DNA of 64,000 bases from Squalus acanthias (GCA_030390025.1 JASTWF010000342.1:1-64000), one strand, 5' to 3'. Counted from the stretch's first letter, positions 37,801 to 50,559 are shown. Notes: generated from the letters alone by a model not told the origin. Translations and numbers: made by a program.

Positions 37801-38892
37801 GAAACAGATGAAGAGAAACCAGAAACATTGATCTCGTACCTGAAATGGCACATGTTTGATGAGTGACATGAATCTTGTCATTCATGTATGAAGTAATACT
37901 GGGCGGCCTGCTGGTGGTGCTGTCCAGGGAGAGTATAAATACTCGGGCATGGGCCCAGCTTGCTTAGGACATTCCTCAACAGGAACTAATGAAGGACACA
38001 ACTCGATCTCCATGTTGAAAAACAGTTGATTAAAGCTTTGTTTAACGCTTAGACCAAGTGCCTAGTAGTTTTCTTATGTCAATGAGCATCATGCTTTTTT
38101 GTTTGAAACCTGCACGTGAACCTTTCTGCAAGCAGTAGCGTAAAATTTGTGTGAACCTTATTTTACAGTTTTTGCCACAGATTAAATCCTTTTTACTAAT
38201 TAAAAATTACCCCAATCTTGACAGTGTTGAACATATTTTTATTTATGTGAGTGTGAATGTGCACTGTTTAATATAATGCACCACGGTGCTATCCCCTTGT
38301 GCTATGTTTACCAGTTTGCCAAGTTCTTTCTTGGTGTACTACACCTCAGTGATGTCCATTTGAGAGAGGAAGGTATGGAACCTTCCTGAGAGGTATCCTG
38401 AAGACTTGCCTGTGATTCCATTGGTTGCTCACCTCTATGATGTGGACATGGAACATCCTGTATGTGTGCTAGGAATAGTCTGGCCTGTACCAACTGTGAG
38501 GGCCTGTAAATTTGCCCTGTCAATTGACCAGAGACACATGGTGCTAACTGACTGGTGATGAATTAAGAAGCACCACCTGTTCCTGTGTTTCAGTGTGTGG
38601 GCTGCTTTTGGAGGTCAACGGGGTGCTGATCTCTGGGTGTAGGGACCTTTGCAATACTACCAGGTCTCTGAATCCACCCTACCCTCAAGACAAGATTCAA
38701 AAAGAGGCATTCAGGACGAGCGCCTAAAACAGGTGTTAAGACTTTTGCATATGCAAATAAGTGGCTGAAGCATGTTTGAGGCCCTCTTGGCAAAATTGCC
38801 TCTCTCCCAATCACCCTCTCCCTCCCAATCGCTTTGCCTCCTCTCCTAGGACCTTCCGAAAAGCCATTGCTGGTGACACAGTAGCCTGAAAT

Positions 38893-39209
38893 AGAAATCA
38901 CAGAATCCCCACAGTGCAGATAGAGGCCATTTCGGACCATCGAGCCTGCACCGACACATATCCCACCCTATCCCCGTAACCCCACGTATTTAATCCCCCC
39001 TAACACTAAGGGTCAATTTATCATAGCCAAATCAACCTAACCCGCACATCTTTGGACTGTGGGAGGAAACCGGAGCACCCGGAGGAAACCCACGCAGACA
39101 CGGGGAGAATGTGCAAACTCCACACAGACAGTCACCCGTGGCCGGATTCGAACCCGGGTCCCTGGCGCTGTGAGGCAACAGTGCTAACCACGATGCCACC
39201 GTGTTGCCC
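38893..39209 (-). mobile_element. V-SINE (HE1-like) with CR1-derived tail
   Basis: Minus strand: tRNA head GGTGGCATCGTGGTTAGC...GGTTCGAATCC, V domain GTGTGGAGTTTGCACATTCTCCCCGTGTCTGCGTGGGTTTCCTCCGGGTGCTCCGGTTTCCTCCCACAGTCCAAAGA, tail TCGATGGTCCGAAATGGCCTC like CR1 3' ends. Confidence 0.9.
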
Positions 39210-39324
39210 CCTCCTCTGGTGGATGGATGCAGTCCCAATGCACTGCCATCAGTAAACCTGCCATGAAGGAAAATTCTACCCTTTTTCTCTAGCTTACTTA
39301 CCACTACATTTCCGATGATTTTTA

Positions 39325-39402
39325 ATAGGAACATAGGATCAGGAGTAGGCCATTTAGCCCCTCGAGCCTGTTCCGCCATTCAATGAGATTATGGCTGATC
39401 TG
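39325..39402 (-). mobile_element. CR1 3' terminus (probably the same element as 45448-46370)
   Basis: GGAGTAGGCCATTTAGCCCCTCGAGCCTG...ATGGCTGATCTG matches the CR1 ends at 9515-9581 and 17572-17637. Confidence 0.8.
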
Positions 39403-40453
39403 TGTAGAGGGTGGTGGTTTGTGTCAGCTTCACCTCTGACTTCTGAGCAGTTCGAATCGCTCCCACTCCCTTTGTTCTAGACCTTGGACTTATTTGGGGG
39501 TTGTGACAAAAAGTGCAGCAGACAACTGGTTTTGATGCAAGAACTTTAATCTTTATTCAAGAAAGTAAAACACAACACAAACACTCTTAACACTCTAAAA
39601 GTGGGGAACACTTCGGTACAAGCGAGGGAAATAACATTAGCAGAATACTTCACCCCTCCCAATCCCACTTCACTCGCTAGGTTGGACTCCAGAGGACCAG
39701 GGATGAAACTCACCAGAATCCTTGACAGTTGGGCTAGTTTGCGGTTTTGGGGTTCGCTCTATATGTTGGTTGGTGTCTGCCGTACCCCGTACGTGGTAGA
39801 GGACTTCAACTGCGTATCTGGTCAGTCTTCGCGAGTCCGCTGATGTGGTAGGGTGCGTATTGGATTTATCAGGTGAGTACCCACTTTTCCTTGGTTTAGA
39901 AGTAGGGTTTAGAGTTTTTAGGGAAAATCTTACCCAGGGGTAAGTCAGGAGTAGCTTGTAGAGTGGAAACTTTGCGGATCTTCGGGTTTTCTTCGAGTTG
40001 GTTTTCTTTGTTCGCGGTGGCCCAATCTTGGTACTTGATGTTCGGTTGGTTGTTTTCGTGAGGGCCTTGTTGCTGCGAGGTGTCCGATGGTCACTGAGGC
40101 GGTCGTTCGGGTTTCTTCCACGTGTTGGCCTACTTTGTTGAATGGTCTGGCCTTCGAGCTGTCGACCTCCTGGCTGGACACGGAACGTTGAACGGTGGTG
40201 TTGTAGAACTGTGTTGCGGTGAATGCCTCCGTGGATGTCTTGTCCTTCTTCCTTCCTCTTCTTTTTCAGGTTGAGAACGGGCCTTCAATTATACTAATTG
40301 AAGCTTCCTTATCTGCGCACCAAATCAGACCCGGTCATTGTTAGATTTTGGCGGGCTCGTCAACGGTAATCTGTTTGCTAATGTGTGAAGTGGTTACCGT
40401 TGACGAGCCCGCCAGAATCTAACAATGACCGGGTCTGATTTGGTGCGCAGATA
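39403..40453 (-). mobile_element. Truncated long LTR related to 13585-15293
   Basis: Starts TGTAGAGGG. Shared blocks in the same order: GTTCGA, TTCTA..TGGACTTA, AATCTTTATT, CTCACCA, TTATA..CCTTATCT.CGC.CAAATC. Right end replaced by an inverted repeat. No TSD visible. Confidence 0.65.
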
Positions 40454-42257
40454 CACTACAGCCACGGTACACCATTGGTGGAGGGAGTGAATTTTTAAGG
40501 TGGTGGTTGTGGTGCCAATCAAGCGGGCTGCTTTGTCTTGGATGGTGTCGAGCTTCTTGAGTGTTGCTGGAGCTGCACTCATCCAGGCAAGTGGAGAATA
40601 TTCCATCACACCCTTGACTTGTGCCTTGTAGATGGTGGAAAGGCTTTGGGCAGTCAGGAGGTGAGACACTCGCCACAGAATTCCCAGCCTCTGACCTGTT
40701 CTTGTTGCCACTGTATTTATGTGGCTGGTCCAGTTAAGTTTCTGGTCAATGGTGACACCCAGGATATTGATGGCGGGGGATTCAGCGATGGTAATGCCAT
40801 AAAATCTCAAGGGGCGGTGGTTAGATGCTCACTTGTTGGAGATAATCATTGCCTGACACTTGTGTGGTGCGAAAGTTACCTGCCAGTTATCAGTCCAAAC
40901 CTGAATGTCGTCCAGGTCTTGCTGTGTACGGGCATGGACTGCTTCATTATCTGAGGAGTTGCAAATGGCACTGAGCACTGTGCAGTCATCAGCGAACATC
41001 CCCACTTCTGACCTTATGATGGAGGGAAGGTCATTGATAAAGCAGCTGAAGATGGTTGGGCCTAGGACACTGCCCTGAGGAACTCATGCAGCAATGTCCT
41101 GAGGAAGTGATGATTGACCTCCAGCCACCACAACCATCTTCCTTTGTGCTTGGTATGACTCCAGCCAGTGGAGAGTTTCCCCCCGATTCCCATTGACTTC
41201 TGTTTTACTAGGACTCCTTGATGCTGCACTCGGTAAATGCTACCTTGATGTCAAGGGCCGTCACTCTCACCTCACCTCTGGAATTCAGCTCTTTTGTCTA
41301 TGTTTGGACCAAGGCTGTAATGACGTCTGGAGCCGAGTGGTCCTGGCGGAACCCAAACTGGACATAGCTGGGCAGTTTTCCACATTGTCGGATAAATGCC
41401 AGTGTTACAGCTGTACTGGAACAGCTCGGCTAGAGGTGCGGCTAGTTATGGAGCACAAGTCTTCTGCACGACAGCCGGGATGTTGTCGGGGCCCACAGCG
41501 TTTACTGTATCCAGTGCGCTCAGCTGTTTGCTGATATCACGTGGAGTGAATCGAATTGGCTGAAGACTGGCTTCTGTGGTAGTGGGGACCTCAGGAGGAG
41601 CCCGATATGGATCATCCACTCGACACTTCTGGCTGAAGATGGTTGCAAACGCTTCAGCCTTGTCTTTTGTACTCACGTGCTGGGCTCCACCATCATTGAG
41701 GATGGGGATATTCATGTAGCCTCCTCCTCCCGTTAGTTGTTTAATTGTCCACCACCATTCACGACTGGATATGGCACAACCGCAGAACTTTGATCTGATC
41801 CATTGATAGTGGCATCGCTTATCTCTGTCTATAGCATGCTGCTTCTGCTTTTTAGCTTGCAGCTTCCCCAGGTTGGCCTCGCATTTTTAGGTACGCCTGG
41901 TGCTGCTCTTGTCATGCTCTTCAACACTCCTTGTTGAACCAGGGTTGGTCCCCTGGCTTGATGGTAATGGTCGAGTGAGGGATATGCCAGGCCATCAGGT
42001 TACAGATTGTGGTGGAATACAATTCTGCTGCTGCTGATGGCCCACAGTTCCTCATGGTTGCCCAGTTTTGAGCTACTATATCTGTTCTGAATCTATCCCA
42101 TTCAGCTCAGTAGTATTGCCACACAACACGATGGAGGGTGTCCTCAGTGTGAAGACGGGACTCCATCTCCACAATGACTGTGCGGTGGTCACTGCTACCA
42201 ATGCTGTCATGGACAGATGCATCTGCGACAGGTAGATTGGTGAGGACGAGGTCAAGT

Positions 42258-42707
42258 AAAAGAAAGAAAGATTGCATTTTTATAGCGCCTTTCACGACCA
42301 CCGGACGTCTCAAAGTGCTTTACATCCAATGAAGTACTTTTGGAGTGTAGTCACTGTTGTACTGTAGGAAAAGTGGCAGCCAATTTGTGCACAGCAAGCT
42401 CCCACAAACAGCATAATCTGTTTTGTTGTGTTGATTGAGTGATACCTATTGGCCAGGACACCGGGGATAACTCCCCTGCTCTTCTTCGAAATAGTGCCAT
42501 GGGATCTTTTATGTCCACCTGAGAGACCTGACGGTGCCTCGGTTTAACGTCTCATCTGAAAGATGGCATCTCCAACAGTGCAGCACTCACTCAGCACTGC
42601 ACTGGAGTGTTAACCTAGCTTTATGTGCTCAAGTCCCTGGAGTAAACTTGAACCCACAACCTTCTGACTCAGAGGCAAGTGTGCTACCAACTGAGCCACA
42701 GCTGACA
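42258..42707 (-). mobile_element. DeuSINE (SacSINE1-like)
   Basis: Closely matches 16557-17013, including shared variants (CACTCACTCAGCAC, GTGTTAACCTAGCTTTATG). Confidence 0.88.
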
Positions 42708-43054
42708 CAATATTACGGCATTTTCCCGGGTAGAAACGTAACCTTGTCGATCCTATTCGAACACGACTCTCTACAATTTGTTAACCATAATGTTAAGATC
42801 TTTACAGGCCAACTCTCACAAACACTGTCAGTGCTAATTCATTATGGCATGAGAAGTGTTATTGTGAACAAGACCCCAGAAAGGAAATATTTTACTTCCA
42901 AACAACAGATGCCAACTTGTTTTTCATCCTGTCTCCATTGTTCCACTTCTATCTCAAAACTGTCTTGGCTATCTCGTTTCACAATATGTCCACAAAAATA
43001 AGCCAAGACATGAATCATACATCCAGTAGTTTTAACAAACAATTAAATAACAGT

Positions 43055-44150
43055 AATACAAAAGCAAAGTACTGCGGGTGCTGGAAATCTGAAATAAAAA
43101 CAGAAAATGCTGGAAATACTCAGCAGGTCAGGCAGCATCTGTGGAGAGAGAATCTCCTCTGGAGATCTTCCCTCTACAGCCGCCAACCTCATAGTTCCCC
43201 AACCCCACACAGCCCGCTTCTACCTCCTTCCCAAGATCCACAAACAGGACTGCCCTGGTAGACTCATCGTTTCAGCCTGTTCTTGCCCCACGGAACTTAT
43301 CTCTTCCTATCTCGACTCTATTTTTTCTGCCCTTGTCCAGACTCTTCCCACCTACATCCATGACTCTTCCGACGCCCTCCGCCACTTTAATAGTTTCCAG
43401 TTTTCTGGCCCCAACCGTCTCCTTTTAACTATGGATGTCCAATCCCTCTACACCTCCATCCCCCACCAGGATGGCCTGAGGGCACTCCGCTTCTTCCTTG
43501 AACAGAAGCCCAACCAGTCCCCATCCACCACCACCCTCCTCCGCCTGGCTGAACTTATTCTCACATTGAACAACTTCTCCTTTGACTCCACTCACACTTC
43601 CTCCAATTAAAGGTGTTGCTATGGGAACCCGCATGGGTCCTAGCTATGCCTGCCTTTTTGTGGGATATGTGGAACATTCTTTGTTCCAGTCCTACTCAGG
43701 TCCCCTCCCTCACCTCTTTTTCCGGTACATTGATGACTGTATTGGTGCTGTTTCCTGCTCTCGCCCTGAACTAGAAAATTTCATTCACTTTGCTTCCAAT
43801 TTCCACCCTTCCCTCGGTCCATCTCCGACTCTTCCCTTCCCTTCCTCGACTTCTCTGTCTCCATCTCTGGGGATAGGCTATTGACAAACATTCACTAAAA
43901 GCCCACTGACTCCCACAGCTACCTGGACTACACTTCCTCCCACCCCGCTTCCTGTAAGGACTCTATTCCATTCTCCCACTTTCTCCGTCTCCGCCACATC
44001 TGCTCTGACAATGCCACCTTCCATAACAGTGCTTCCAACATGTCTTCCTTTTTCCTCAACCGAGGATTCCCTTCTACTGTGGTTGACATGGCCCTTGACC
44101 ATTTTCGTTCTATTTCCCGCACTTCTGCTCTAACCCCTTCCCCTCCCTCC
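43055..44150 (+). mobile_element. Penelope-like RT fragment (duplicate of the element at 17365, without the CR1 insertion)
   Basis: Same inverted-pLTR/ORF junction (CTGTGGAGAGA.AATCTCCTCTGG). FYLLPKIHKQDCPGR, MDVQSLYTSIP, RYIDD. Confidence 0.92.
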
Positions 44151-44154
44151 CAAA

Positions 44155-44484
44155 AATGCGCACAGCAAGCTCCCACAAACAGCAATGTGATAATGACCAG
44201 ATAATCTGTTTTGTTATGTTGATTGAGTGATAAATATTGGCCAGGACACCGGGAATAACTCCCCTGCTCTGCTTCGAAATAGTGCCATGGGATCTCTTAC
44301 ATCCACCTAAGAGAGCAGGTTTAAGGTCTCATCTGAAATATGGCACATCCGACAGTGCAGCACTCCCTCAGCATAGATTAAGTATCAGCCGAGATTTATG
44401 TGCTCAAGTCCCTGGAGTGGGACTTGAACCCACAACCTTCTGACCCAGAGGCGAGTGTGCTACCCACTGAGCCACAGCTGACAC
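44155..44484 (-). mobile_element. DeuSINE 5' two-thirds
   Basis: GCGCACAGCAAGCTCCC...GGACTTGAACCCAC...CTGAGCCACAGCTGACAC. Confidence 0.85.
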
Positions 44485-45447
44485 TGTAGGTCTTTCCCCC
44501 GTGTTGGTTCTCACCACCTGTCACAGGCCCAGACTGGCAGCTATGTCCTTCAGGAATGGGCCAGCTCGGTGAGTAGTGGTGCTACCGAGCCACTCTAGGT
44601 GATGGACATTGAAGTCCCCCACCCAGAGTACATTCTGTGCCCTTGCTACTCTCAGTGCTTCTTCCAAGTGGTGTTCAACATGGAGGAGTACTGGTTCATC
44701 AGCTGAGGGAGGGCGTTAGGTGGTAGGTGGTAATCAGCAGGAGGTTTCCTTGCCCATGCTTGGCCTGAAGCCATGAAACTTCATGGAATTCGAAGTCAAT
44801 GTTGAGGATTCCCAGGGCCACTCTTTCCCGACTGTATACCACTGTGCTGCCGCCTTTGGTGGGCCTGGACATACCCAGGGATGGTGATGGAGGAGTTTGG
44901 GACATTGGCTTAAAGATATGATTCTGTGACTATGACTATGGTAGGCTGTTGCTTGACTAGTCTGTGGGACAGCTCTCCCAATTTTGGCACAAGTCCCCAA
45001 ATGTTGGTGAGGAGGACTTTGCAGGGTCGACTGGGTTGGGTGTGCCGTTGTCGTGTCCGTAGCCGATGACATGTGGTCCATCCGGTTTTATTCTTGTTGT
45101 TTTTTGTAGTGATTTTTTACAACTGAGTGGCTTGCTAGGCCTTTTCAGAGGGCAGTTAAGAGTCAACCACATTGCTGTGGGTCTGGAGTCACATATAGGC
45201 CAGACCAGGTAAGGACGGCAGATTTCATTCCCTAAAGGACATTAATGAACCAGATGGGTTTTCACGACAATCCGATAGTTTCATGGTCACCATTACTGAT
45301 ACTAGCTTTTATTCCGGATTTATTTAATTAACTGAATTTAAATTCCCCAGCTGCCGTAGTGGGATTTGAACTCACGTCTCAGGATCATTAGTCCAGGCCT
45401 CTGGATTACTAGTCCAGTAACATAACCACTATGCTACCATTTCCCAT

Positions 45448-46370
45448 AAACCTTAGTTAACACTCTCTTATGAGGGACTTTATCAAATGCCTTCTGGAAG
45501 TCCATATAAATAGCATCCATAGACATTCTCCTGTCCACTACTTTAGTCACCTCCTCAAAAAATTCAATCGTGCTGGTCAGGCATGACCTACCTTTCACAA
45601 ATCCATGCTGGCTCTCTCTGATCAGCTGAAAATATTTTGAGGTTTTCAGTTACCCTATCCTTAATTATAGACTCTAGTAATTTCCTGACAACAGATTTTA
45701 GGCTAACTGATCTGTAATTCCCTGGTTTCTCTCTCTCACCATTCTTAATAGCAGAGTGACATGCACAACTTTCCAATCTAAAGGAACGGTTCCATAATCA
45801 AGACAACTTTGGAAGATTATAGTTAGGGCATCTGCAATGTGCTCACCTATTTCCTTTAAATTTCTGGAATGGAAACCATCTGGGCCTGGGGATTTGTCAC
45901 TCTTTAGTGCCATTATTTTCTTCATTACTGTTATTTTGCTTATGTTAATTTTGTTGAGTCCCTGTCCCTGATTCAATATTAGTTTCCTTGGGATTTCCAG
46001 CATGCTATCCTCTTCCTCTTCTGTAAATACTGAAACAAAGTAATTATTCAACATGTCCACCATTTCCTTATTATCATTGACAATAGCACTGATTTCAATT
46101 TTTAAGGAGCCAACATTGCTCCTGACTACCCTCTTTTTCCTAATATAATTGTAAAACAAAATTATGTTGATTTTGATATCCCTTACAAGTTTCTTTTCAT
46201 ACACCCTTTTTGTAGCTCTTACTGACTGTTGTGACCCTTTTTTGTTCTTTGTATCTTTTCTATTCTCCAGGATCTGTGCAATTTTTTGCATTTCTGTAGC
46301 TTTTTCTTTTAGTTTTATGCTGTCCCTTACCTCTTTAGTCATCCATGGCTGTTTTTTTTGGCAAGTAGAC
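45448..46370 (-). mobile_element. CR1 ORF2 internal fragment
   Basis: PWMTKEVRDSIK, KSPGPDGFH, NYRSVSL, QHGFVKGRSCLT, MDFQKAFDKVPH. Confidence 0.92.
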
Positions 46371-46564
46371 ATCTCACCAACTTGTAAACTTCACAGCTAC
46401 AAAAATTCTGCTTTTCATTGCAAAATGCAAACAGGTGATTTCAATCATTTGAAAGATACTGCAGCCTTTGCATCTAACATTGCAAAATGTCTTTGTTCCA
46501 TGTGTGTGCAACCTTACAATTTCTTCACTTTTTAATCGAGGTTAAACTTTGTAATCAAATTCCA

Positions 46565-46722
46565 GGGGTTGAATTTCCGCGGGGGTTCTTCCGATTGTCT
46601 GCCATAATTTTGGTGGAAGGCCCACGGAAACTGCCATTTATGCCATTTCTCACTGTTTTCCATGGATCTTCTGCCAAAGTCATAGTGGATGATTGGGCAA
46701 AGCCCCACAGAAATTCAACCCC
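46565..46722. mobile_element. Small MITE
   Basis: TIR GGGGTTGAATTTC.G.GGGG / CCCCACAGAAATTCAACCCC. Confidence 0.7.
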
Positions 46723-49329
46723 CTTATTTGTATAATTTTTATCTTATTCTATGGTCTGCCAGCTGTAATTTTCACTTCCCTACAAATTCTATAATAATAT
46801 CCATGAACGCATTGTGGCAACCAAGAAAAATCCTTTTTGGTGCGATAGCCCTTTAAGCAGATTTAAACAGCTGCACAAGCTGGAGCTTGGCATGCATATG
46901 CAATAAGCAGCAATGACAGAAGTTCAAGTGGGAATGGGCATAGGCAGCAAGTCGAGAGGATGTCCCACTGAGCACTGTTCCTGCCCCTGCACACACATCA
47001 GAATATTTACCCTATAATTCCATGTGTGATTATGTCAGTTACTCAATAAATACCTTACAATGGAACAGCTACAAGCAGCCTTAAAATGTATTTATCTCCA
47101 AATGAACTTTTATATTATTTATTACCGACCAGTTGATTTCCAGTGGCAAAAATTATAACCAGGATATGTTGTCAGATTAATATCGCCCCAACAAATGATA
47201 CAAACTGAATGTTGGTTCTGTTCTTATAGGTTCATTGTCTTTATACAATAACATGTCAGCCAGATGAAAGCGGAATTACTATCTGTTTCCTTCTAGACCC
47301 TTCTTCTTAAAGCTCTAGGAAGATGTATTTATTGCAAGTTGTTGATCTGCAGTTTTTTTCTCTTTTAAATCTCTCCACAGGCTAGCGGGTTTGCACGGTG
47401 TTAGGATAGCCCATGTTAAATGTAACAACTATTGCATTTGCACTGGGGTTAGCAGTGTGATGGATTTCTAGTAAGTGATTGCCAAGTTGCTGATAGAATA
47501 GATGTATGGGTAATGTTATTTCCCTGGTCGACCCCAAGCATGACCAAAGTTATTATAAAATTGCTCGGTTGCTGAGGATTTTGAGGCTGGTTAGAGGATG
47601 CTGGGGATAGACATTCTTTGCTACTTATTTTCATTTGACCAAGAATTATATGCTTAGGAAGGCAACAGGAAAACTTTGGTATACATAGTATAACTAGAAA
47701 AATATATACAATCTGATGCTTGGGTTAATAGAGTACTCCCCCTTCCCTGACTCAATTATAATATCATTTAGTTGACCAAATGCACACTAATAGCATTTTA
47801 AATGAAAATGGATAAGGTAAATTGGGTAGAAATAATACTATAGAATACTTTTTCTTTAATTTAAGTCCCTTTGAGTTGTTTTTAAATTACTTTCTTGTTA
47901 GTAAATTTATCATTGTAGCAAGTGCAGCTGCTTTTATCATTAGCGAATTGGTGTAGTTCATCATTCTAAATAGAATATTCTTCTGGGGTGGTATCTGTCA
48001 TATTAAACTCCTTTCATCAATTTGCCACTGACTATTATCTACACATTCTGTGAATGCTTGTTGTGCAAAATTAATTAGTTAATTCAGTCACTTAGAACAA
48101 ACAGTGTTCCAATTTTCACTGCACAGCATGAAAAGCCCCACACAATTCTGTTTTTTGCAACATCCAGCGATTATCAGAGATATGTGTTGTACAAGATTTA
48201 TAAAAGCTGTTTGCTTGAAGAGAGAATATACACATTTTAATAAATTTTGGCCATATTCATGTTAATGACAGCTGCATTATGTACAGCCATAAACACATTT
48301 TATATACAGTACCAAGTTAGTTCCTATAAGCAGTACTGGAATTGGCACATAAACAGCAAGGAACAAGCAAAGACCAATCAGGTTATCCAACTCCTCTCAT
48401 TTCGGTCTGCCTTCAGAATCTGTGCAGCCCATTTTCATCTCCCTCCTGCTCCAGTGACAAACCCATATCCTTCTACTCCTTATTGAATCAGGAACTTGTT
48501 CATTTCCTATAATTTTTTCCTCAAATTTGTGCCCATCAAGATGCTACAGAGCAATCTATTTTATCACATTTCATACCCAATGTTAATGTTGACCATTGAC
48601 TAGATTGTACAGGGAGGTAAAACTTCCTTTTATTTTGACTCAACAATATGCCACAATCCCACTGCATTAGTGGAACATTTTCATTTCCAGCAACATATAC
48701 TCTTGTGGGGTTCTCTGATTGAGTTTGTAAATCAGTGCAATACTACAGGCAGCTTTGGACTCATGCCCACTAGAAATTAGGCTGACATTTCCCCTGCTCA
48801 TTTCACTAATGTTGCATTTATACTATTGCTATTGGTTTGAGACCAGTAACTACATATGGGTTTCAGCCAGGCAGTGTCTTGTTTATATTGTCTGGCTCCA
48901 AGTGGAGTTCTTCTGCCCAGAAAATTGCTATGAATAGGCTCACTTACACCCATTCATGTTTAGGGCTCCCCTCCCAGTGTTCAATATTTAAGGGGTAAAA
49001 TTTCTGCTGTGCTGCTCTTTGGTGTTTGCCAGGAGTGCATAATGCAAAATTGTGCACTCCCACACCATGATTTCTGGGATTTTCCAAAGTCAACATATCA
49101 GTTATTCATGCTGTGCTCCATATTGGGCCTCGTCAAAGGGTAAGAATGGGCAATTGTATGTGAGATACCCCTTAAAATATTACTGCTAAAATTTAAAAAG
49201 GTGCTGTTTCTTATTGGCAAGTGTTCAATTATATAAGGGCATAATTTGATTCAGCCTTTACAAAGGTTATACATATATAAAAATAGATTTTCCTGACTTT
49301 ACAAAGGTTGTATGAGTTGAAAAAGTGAC

Positions 49330-50490
49330 TGGAAAAGCCAATGACAGCCAAATTAAATGTGCAAGCAGAGAATAGATCTATGGGCAAGCGATGGCATGAT
49401 GCAGCACACAAGCCCCCTGTTTGATGGATGGTGAAGTGTAGGTGCTGCTGCAAGGAAGTTGCCCTGTTTAGCACTCTAGGATACCACCCTCAGGACAGCA
49501 GTGCAGCATGCCTGGCCGGAGCTTGGGTCAATGGTGTTCACCACACACAGGACCTGGAAACAGATGCAGAAGAAGATGGCACATCTTAAGGAAGCTGCCA
49601 AGGTAAGACTATCCAACAGTGCCATATACATGGCTCAACTATGCATATCACAAAGTGTTGCCTGAAACCTATTCCACATTTACTGCTAGCCCATGCCAAA
49701 CTCTCACACGAACTTCCAGCTCTTTCCTTATTCTTGCAGGGCACACATTCAAGCTACAGCTTACAAGTGAAAGCCTTGTGATGCACATCTCAATAAGGCT
49801 TAAAAATAAAAGCACTGTAAAAGAACGAATGGTCACTTACTGGCACACAGGATGGGTTGCAATTTGGGCACTAGTTCAACACTGTATGTGCTCTTTCAAT
49901 TTACATGACAAGATTACTTTTCAAGGTGCCATTTAATACAAAGGAACAGGCCCAAACTGGAGAATGGGTCCAATAGTACAAGCCCTTGACTCCCTTGAAG
50001 GAAGTCACCCAGCATATCCTTGCCAATAGCAGCACAGAAAGAGTAAGGGAAGGTGAAGCCACAAGTCTTCTGCAAGCTCAGAAATAGTACAATCTACTTC
50101 TTAAATCTGGTTCTCCTTCTCACACACTCCCACACAAGCATGCACACAACCACATAAAAGTTGCACACAATTAGTATCTTGCAATGCAAGCACTGTTTAT
50201 AAGTGCATCTTGGAGCCAGCATTCTAACATTTGTCTGTTTTCTGTAAGCCTGGAAAAGCAGCCTCCCAGTATTGCCAGTGGCCTTGGACAAGGAAATACC
50301 TCACAGCACCATGCATCCTTCTCATCAATGTTTGCAAGTACCAGCACAGCTCTCTACTGCCAGGAGGATGCAGTTAGTAAGCTTGATAAGGTAGTACCAG
50401 ATGTGTCACAGTGCATAGGTAAGGAGAAACAAGTGGTGGTGGCAGAGAAGTTGCTATTCTGTACTTTTCAAAATGCAGCAGTGCAGTGAA
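49330..50490 (+). pseudogene. Decayed Harbinger Myb/SANT-like gene remnant
   Basis: 49547-49602 reads RTWKQMQKKMAHLKEAAK followed by |GTAAGA, the same exon-1 end as the other Myb remnants. Confidence 0.5.
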
Positions 50491-50559
50491 ATTGGACAGC
50501 TTTGTTATAGTCCTGATCCTCTTCAGTGGGAACATAGCAATGTATGGGACCAGAAAAGC

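Larger units (their letters stand above)
40454..45445 (-). mobile_element. APE-RT LINE (CR1-supergroup-like) with tRNA-derived 5' head and no visible ORF1; decayed, 3'-truncated, interrupted at 42258-44484
   Basis: A box TAGCATAGTGG (45436-45426) and B box GTTCAAATC (~45371-45363). APE motifs NIWGLVPKLGEL, WVGDFN, LDLVLTN, SDH. RT motifs [23 protein letters not shown]-terminal ILGVTID, IYKAQV..MEY. Confidence 0.88.

Noticed and set aside
39140..39209. Genuine tRNA genes (also 16950-17013 and 45360-45445)
   Set aside because: A/B boxes are present but they continue directly into SINE or LINE bodies, and no full cloverleaf was evident.
4730..44150. Ancient ~26-kb tandem segmental duplication (segment X, MITE and SINE-Penelope block recur in the same order)
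   Set aside because: Each repeated piece has different flanks and its own TSD or junction. Intervening sequences do not match.
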